Below the pieces are notes generated by a model. It saw only the letters and a program-made list of their open reading frames with translations, was not told the origin of the DNA and did not search any database. A stretch of 39,587 nucleotides of DNA from a virus (Duplodnaviria; Caudoviricetes): positions 1-39,587 of IMG/VR virus record IMGVR_UViG_3300033144_004259; one strand, given 5' to 3'. Shown here piece after piece: positions 34,288 through 39,587 of the stretch (positions are counted from its first letter, which is position 1; each line of letters starts with the position of its first letter). The position numbers were made by a program, and so were the translations under genes.

Positions 34288-35445
34288 TTATGCACACGAA
34301 TAGTTACCACCCAAGTTAGTTAATATTGTTGCGATTCTTTTATTTGATTGATTTATTACCTCTTTAATATTGACATATTGTTCTCCTACAGTCGCGCTGA
34401 AAGAAGACAGAGTATAACTCGTTACTGCATCATATGAGCCATTTCCTATGCAAACCAAGGCCATCACTCCCCCGATCATTGCAGCCAGTTCCTGAACTTG
34501 TGCAGGAATAGAAGTATAACCATGAGTATAAGTAATTTTAACATTTCGTTTACCATTTGGGACAGTTGAAGAAGTAAGAATAACTCTGCCATCTTCATCA
34601 AGAGAAATGTAATCCGAATCCACTGTTGAGTCAACATCTCCTGTATTATCCAAATATTGGACTGAAGTAATAGACTGAACGCTTTGATTACTTAATTCAA
34701 ACTCTGGAAGATTATCTAACTGAGTCCCAAAAGGTAAATCTGTCTGGGGATAACCATTTGTATAGCCGTCAAAATATTCAATAGAGGTTTTTACGCTTCC
34801 GAAATAATTCTGAGTTAATTTTTCTACTTCTCTCGCAGCAGGAGCAAGGTAAGTATTTAAAAGTGTATCGCTAAGATTAGGAGAATATGTATAAGAGATA
34901 TAAAGTTTATCATTTCCTAATTTAGTGACTCCAGCAGAAGTAAGCAGTATTCTTCCATCGTCTTTATAAATTGTATAATCACTTCCTTCAGACATAGTGT
35001 TTAAATCGTTATCTCCTGAACTTCCATATTTGACAGAATATGAATCAGTCAAGATATTTCCATTATCAGAATCAAAAGAAGTTTCTGAATCGTCTCCAGT
35101 TCCTAATTCTTCCAACATGATTTCTACACCCATTCCTGCAAATCTTGCAATCTGAAGAGTTGTGCAATAATTATTAACAGCAGGAGCAGCAGCAACATCT
35201 TCAGTCCAGTAATCTATTGATATAATCTGATCATCCCAGACAGCGTTTAAAAAAGTAAGTGTGTCAGTATCTGTATCAAGGGAAAAATCTGTCACTGGCT
35301 GAAGAATAGCTTTATCTATCAAAATCTGCATATTTGCAAGAATAGAATCAGAATTAGCAAGAACATAAGTCCTGTTCTTTGCTCCAGAACTTCCGCTTAA
35401 ATTGCTTCCCGATTTCTGCTCATGAAATGGACTGTATGTTGTCAT
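34288..35445 (-). CDS. Head-tail adaptor (gp6-like) with extra beta domains
   Basis: YCTTLQI, AAREVEKLT, VQSITSV, NVKITYTHGYTSIPAQVQELA. Confidence 0.8.
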   Translation of the reverse strand: MTTYSPFHEQKSGSNLSGSSGAKNRTYVLANSDSILANMQILIDKAILQPVTDFSLDTDTDTLTFLNAVWDDQIISIDYWTEDVAAAPAVNNYCTTLQIARFAGMGVEIMLEELGTGDDSETSFDSDNGNILTDSYSVKYGSSGDNDLNTMSEGSDYTIYKDDGRILLTSAGVTKLGNDKLYISYTYSPNLSDTLLNTYLAPAAREVEKLTQNYFGSVKTSIEYFDGYTNGYPQTDLPFGTQLDNLPEFELSNQSVQSITSVQYLDNTGDVDSTVDSDYISLDEDGRVILTSSTVPNGKRNVKITYTHGYTSIPAQVQELAAMIGGVMALVCIGNGSYDAVTSYTLSSFSATVGEQYVNIKEVINQSNKRIATILTNLGGNYSCA

Positions 35446-35466
35446 GTTATCACCTTTTAATTTTGA

Positions 35467-35484
35467 TTTATTTAAATCCTAACC
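35467..35484 (-). promoter_or_regulatory. Late promoter motif (head-tail adaptor)
   Basis: Exact 18-mer; 23-bp identity with the protease copy. Confidence 0.8.
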
Positions 35485-38238
35485 GAAACAGCCATTACCA
35501 TCACATCTTATATAACATCTGTCAGTCGAATTAAATCCTGATGTGGATATATTTCCTGTATTTGTTATATTTCCTGCAAAAGTTAAATTACCTGTCCCTG
35601 CACCTGATTGATTTATTATGATATTATTTCCGCTTATATCTGTTGCATCTAATTCGCAATTATCTGAACAGTCTATTATCCAATCTCCAGTATCATAAGT
35701 GCATACTGCTCGTTTTTCATCATCTAAATTCATATTCCTTCCTGCTACGCTGTTGTTATACAATTCTTCTATCTCAGTGGCAGATAATGACCTGTTGTAG
35801 ATACGAACTTCGTCTATTGTGCCGTTGAACATGTGGTAAAAATCACCGAGATATTCTTGTGCGCCAATAGTAATATTATCATCAGTTATTCTAACAGTTC
35901 CTTGAAAAGGAAGAGGGGTGCTATTCAAAGTTCCATCAATATATAATAAACTATGTGTTCCGTTCATTATAGCAGTAACCATTATCCAACCAGAAGAAAT
36001 TGTATCTGTAGTAGTTAATAAAACAGATCCACCTGTTGAATTAATTATATTAAAATCTATGTGTCCATCTTCTTCAAGACGAAGATACCATGACCAAGTA
36101 TCAGAGGTTCTTTTATCAATTATTTCATCGTTATCAGGTGGAGTTATATTTAAAGGATTTATCCAAACATTAATACTGAACTCATTAAAATCGAATTCAT
36201 CTGCATCATCTATTAATATACCACCCTCCACCCCATCAAATTCAAACGCACCGCCATATTTGCCATCACTTGACCAAGTTGCACCATAAACACTGCCATC
36301 ATTATCATTACTGGTAACATCAACACCGCTTTCCATAGTGGAATGGAATACTAAATTGTCAGGGTTGATATTCTCTTGTTGTGTGCCACTGCCGGAGTTA
36401 TATAATGAGGTGATTTGGGTGGCGGATAAGCTGGCGTTGTAGATTCTTATGTCGTCTATTGTGCCGTTGAAAAGTTGAATACCCCCTGCATGAGGAAGTT
36501 GCCCTATGTTTTTCATATTTGAAGAATCAGATATATATGTTCCAACCCCCTGCGTTTCTAATTCATAACTACCTTCACTACCATCAATATAAATTTTAGA
36601 CGTTTTTGTTCCTACATCATAAACAATTACTGCATGATGCCAAGTATTAGATGTAATTGAGCCTGGAAGTGATTGATAAGTAGATGAAGTTTCATTAAAA
36701 GGAATTGAAAAATATATTGACCTAATTCCACTGGCATTAGATATTGTTCTCAGTGACCATCCTGAAGGGGCAATATATGTCCCCCAAATCGTTCCTAATG
36801 TAAGATTATCCTCTCGTGTATCATATATCCAAGCAGATATACTAAAATCATTTAAAGGCATATCATTAAGAATAGTATCATTCCCTATATTTATATAATC
36901 ATCCACGCCGTCAAATTCATAAGCATTGCCTATCTTTCCAGCAGTTCCAGTTGTCCCATTATAAATAGTCATATCATCACTGCTTATGTCACCGAAATGG
37001 TAGCCTGCAACTAAGTCATTATCATAGACAGAAGTAGGGTTGTTTCCTGTTCCTAACTCTTCAACTTCATAATTAGCAGTAGAAGTATCGTTTGCCACTA
37101 TTTCAAATGAGCTACAGTTATTATAATAAAGAGAAAGGTCATCATCTAAAGGATTAGTCCAAATAGTATAATCGCAGAATCCAGTAGTTGAATTGACTGC
37201 AAAAGCTAAATCGCTAATAGGTTCTTCTGTAATATCTCGTTTGTAATCAAAACTTTGGTTAAACCAAGCCCATTTATCCTGTTTAAATTTATCGTCTGTT
37301 AAAGTTATCAGTTCAGGTATCCAATCGATAGAATAACCAAACTTTCCATCAGAACATTTTGCTATTTCAATGTCGGCTTCAATAGTATAATCTGTTGCAC
37401 CGTAAGGGATAGTATCATCTAACTCCTTTACGCAATTGTAAGATTCATTAACCGTTTCATACCCAACTATATCAATCACATCATAACATTTCTCACCAAT
37501 CACAATATTAAGAGTTTCGTCAATGTCAGGTTCACAGATGGTCTTATTTCCAAAAACTGGCATATCTATTTCTTTAAAACAATCGCCTACATAATTTATT
37601 TTATAATCTTTAACTTTTCCGCAGACTTCGTTGAAATGTATCTTAAGATTAGAACTGTTTAAAACAGATGGAGAATACATCTCAAAAGTAGCCTTTTTAG
37701 TTTTGCCATCATTAGATTTAAGTTCTGTAAATATATCATCAGTCTCTTTTTCACCTATCAATAGAGGGTCTACAAGTCCATTGAACCAACCCCATTTAAT
37801 GTCTGCCTTGCTATCTTTAGTAATCTCATAAACAAGCGTGTAAGTCTTACCGCTTCTGAACACATAACTATATTTAGCCTGATTATTCTTATCGCACCAA
37901 TAACATCCGCACCAAGCACCGTTACAGGTTTCGTTAAATTTAAGTTCTCTTAATCCAGTCCCCCAAGTCCGATATGTTTTAATAAGATGAACTGCTTTCT
38001 TGTTATCGACTTCCAGCCAGGAAGAATCAAAAGGATAAATAAAAATGTCTTCGTTAGCTTTAAAAGTTACATTAACAAAACAAGTATCACCACAAGTTAT
38101 ATCTTTTGTATAATCAATGACTTCAATTGAACCAAGATTTATAAGAAATATAATAAGAACTATACCAAGCGGAATGCTGCCTAACCCTGCATACTTAGCA
38201 TATTTAATGAGTCGTTCTTTTGTGATTCGTTTTGCCAT
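35479..38238 (-). CDS. Large membrane-anchored/exported protein with two LamG (ConA-like) domains
   Basis: N-terminal TM (IPLGIVLIIFLINLG). Two copies of GKxGxAxEFDG...FNGTID[DE][IV]RIYNxSLSAT[QE]I. More than 25 NxS/T sequons and many Cys pairs. Confidence 0.88.
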   Translation of the reverse strand: MAKRITKERLIKYAKYAGLGSIPLGIVLIIFLINLGSIEVIDYTKDITCGDTCFVNVTFKANEDIFIYPFDSSWLEVDNKKAVHLIKTYRTWGTGLRELKFNETCNGAWCGCYWCDKNNQAKYSYVFRSGKTYTLVYEITKDSKADIKWGWFNGLVDPLLIGEKETDDIFTELKSNDGKTKKATFEMYSPSVLNSSNLKIHFNEVCGKVKDYKINYVGDCFKEIDMPVFGNKTICEPDIDETLNIVIGEKCYDVIDIVGYETVNESYNCVKELDDTIPYGATDYTIEADIEIAKCSDGKFGYSIDWIPELITLTDDKFKQDKWAWFNQSFDYKRDITEEPISDLAFAVNSTTGFCDYTIWTNPLDDDLSLYYNNCSSFEIVANDTSTANYEVEELGTGNNPTSVYDNDLVAGYHFGDISSDDMTIYNGTTGTAGKIGNAYEFDGVDDYINIGNDTILNDMPLNDFSISAWIYDTREDNLTLGTIWGTYIAPSGWSLRTISNASGIRSIYFSIPFNETSSTYQSLPGSITSNTWHHAVIVYDVGTKTSKIYIDGSEGSYELETQGVGTYISDSSNMKNIGQLPHAGGIQLFNGTIDDIRIYNASLSATQITSLYNSGSGTQQENINPDNLVFHSTMESGVDVTSNDNDGSVYGATWSSDGKYGGAFEFDGVEGGILIDDADEFDFNEFSINVWINPLNITPPDNDEIIDKRTSDTWSWYLRLEEDGHIDFNIINSTGGSVLLTTTDTISSGWIMVTAIMNGTHSLLYIDGTLNSTPLPFQGTVRITDDNITIGAQEYLGDFYHMFNGTIDEVRIYNRSLSATEIEELYNNSVAGRNMNLDDEKRAVCTYDTGDWIIDCSDNCELDATDISGNNIIINQSGAGTGNLTFAGNITNTGNISTSGFNSTDRCYIRCDGNGCFG

Positions 38239-38247
38239 TTTAACATC

Positions 38248-39587
38248 TTAACACCATGTCTGAGTAACTGTGTCGCTTTCTATTATGACACAGGTTGCAT
38301 TATCATACATTTTATGGTTAGTTGTGTCTCCTTCAAATAAAATCTTCTCTGTGGTCAATTGTGTGCTTACAGTGGCATTGTCAAAGGTAACAGCATCAGT
38401 CGTTTGAACATTCTGATCCATATCATACAACTCATTTGCTCCTTGACCTGTATCAATTGTAGCGAAAGTAACAGCAGAGGCACTTGTTAGAGCCTGACCT
38501 GTATTGTATTCTAACTGCGTGTCTCCTATGCCATCAGCAGTAACATTAAATTGGGTGCCAGTAAGAGTTAATCCGTCGCCAGCAGTATAAGTTGTGTCTG
38601 AATCCCTTGCATCAATTGTAGCATTTAATTTCGTTTCGTTAATATCCAAACTCCCAGAATTGTTATAAAGATAATTTATTACAATATCCCACCAAGTATT
38701 CGTATCAGTATCTAATGCAGTAATTGAAGAGTTAAGTTCTGTCTCGTTTATTAAAAGATAAACTTCTCCGGATGCAGAACCATTTATAATATATTTATCC
38801 CCTCCATAAACGCCAGTTATGTCTCCTGTGCCCGTAGGAGTATATGTGCAATTGATTTTCCCAAGAGTGCCGTCATAGATACAATATTTAGTATCAGTTA
38901 CCGCAGCAGTGAAATCTGATATGCTATCGAAATAATTAAGTCCAATCACATAATCTCTTATATCATTTGCAGTGCTTAAATTAGCAGTATCTCCATCAGT
39001 AGGGGTATTTGTGGGTATTCCAGTAAAATTGTCCCAAGATTCTAATCTATAACTTCCAAAATCACTGATTTGACTTTCTGTAATAGATACATTAGTCCAA
39101 GAGTCTGCTTTAATTTCTTCAGCAGTGATGTCATAACTTCCAACATCCCAATCACTTGTAAGTTCTCTTGTTCCATCTTTTGTTAAATAAATAGATAAAT
39201 CAGGAATCCCTCCGCCAATTATTGGAGCTTCTCTTAAATCTACCCAACCATCAGAATCCCAAGTTGAATCTGTTCTTCTTGCACAATAAATATGATGAAC
39301 AACTGCAACATATTCATCAGAACTTGGCAATGTATAATCAGGGGTTGCTTCTTTGCATGCAGCTAATGAAGTATAAGTTGTTTGAGACAAAAGTGGAGCT
39401 AACTGGTGGATTTTTGTATTACTATTAAAATTAAGACTTATTATAGGATATTGTCTAAATACTGTTCCTGTGCATTCTACCAAATCTGTCCCATTATCAC
39501 AATGAGTTACATTCAATCCAGTAATATTTGTATGAGCCCAATCTCCAGCTGTATGATATATTAAATGGAGTCCATCAACAAGCGATG
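38248..39587 (-). CDS. C-terminal part of the junction-spanning exported, sequon-rich fibre/adhesin-like protein
   Basis: T/D/N-rich with about 15 NxS/T sequons in the last 422 aa. Contains fibre-like motifs (YLTKDGTRELTSDWDVG, DTTYTAGDGLTLTGTQF). Confidence 0.8.
   Translation of the reverse strand, partial: SLVDGLHLIYHTAGDWAHTNITGLNVTHCDNGTDLVECTGTVFRQYPIISLNFNSNTKIHQLAPLLSQTTYTSLAACKEATPDYTLPSSDEYVAVVHHIYCARRTDSTWDSDGWVDLREAPIIGGGIPDLSIYLTKDGTRELTSDWDVGSYDITAEEIKADSWTNVSITESQISDFGSYRLESWDNFTGIPTNTPTDGDTANLSTANDIRDYVIGLNYFDSISDFTAAVTDTKYCIYDGTLGKINCTYTPTGTGDITGVYGGDKYIINGSASGEVYLLINETELNSSITALDTDTNTWWDIVINYLYNNSGSLDINETKLNATIDARDSDTTYTAGDGLTLTGTQFNVTADGIGDTQLEYNTGQALTSASAVTFATIDTGQGANELYDMDQNVQTTDAVTFDNATVSTQLTTEKILFEGDTTNHKMYDNATCVIIESDTVTQTWC
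39474..39587. repeat. Terminal direct repeat copy 2
   Basis: Identical to 1-114. Confidence 0.95.

Noticed and set aside
35780-36470. Shared 18-bp sequence gtctattgtgccgttgaa in two places, possible DGR TR/VR pair
   Set aside because: Both copies encode the conserved FNGTID motif of the two LamG domains. There is no reverse transcriptase and no adenine-specific mismatch pattern.
1694-39428. All plus-strand ORFs in the track (e.g. 1694-2059, 2052-2492, 5127-5564, 12990-13400, 24428-24634, 24683-24928)
   Set aside because: They are antisense shadows of minus-strand genes or low-complexity F/S/I-rich frames with no RBS or recognisable motifs.
1-39587. Alternative genetic code, introns, inteins or tRNAs
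   Set aside because: Core genes are intact in the standard code with all three stops used. No intein motifs or tRNA cloverleaf were seen.

Overview
The window is a complete, circularly closed genome of a tailed dsDNA virus (Caudoviricetes, siphovirus-like). Bases 1-114 are repeated exactly at 39474-39587, giving a unit length of 39,473 bp. One gene runs in frame across that join. Essentially all credible genes are on the minus strand. Reading that strand, the order is: early/accessory genes (about 24.3 to 12.7 kb: small Zn-finger, SWIM and HTH proteins, radical SAM, Sak-like recombinase, YopX, two methyltransferases), TerS/TerL, portal-MuF fusion, prohead protease, HK97-type capsid and minor head proteins, two very large exported sequon-rich proteins (one with LamG domains), head-tail and tail genes (with a -1 frameshift chaperone and a very short tape measure), and a probable lysis cassette. 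BRE+TATA promoters about 25 nt from start codons, GGAGG/GGTGA ribosome-binding sites, oligo-T terminators and N-glycosylation-sequon-rich exported proteins point to an archaeal host, possibly DPANN (inference). No DNA polymerase, primase, helicase, integrase, tRNA or CRISPR array was recognised. The most unusual items are (i) a two-class promoter system with an exact 18-bp late motif GGTTAGGATTTAAATAAA present four times, (ii) a series of minus-strand structured intergenic RNA elements, one with its own promoter directly after terL, (iii) two giant exported glycoprotein-like genes inside the head operon, (iv) a cysteine-protease/lipoprotein/holin-like lysis cassette, and (v) an approximately 840-bp gene-free hairpin and iteron region holding the only plus-strand promoter. 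All calls come from reading motifs by eye; no database search was run.
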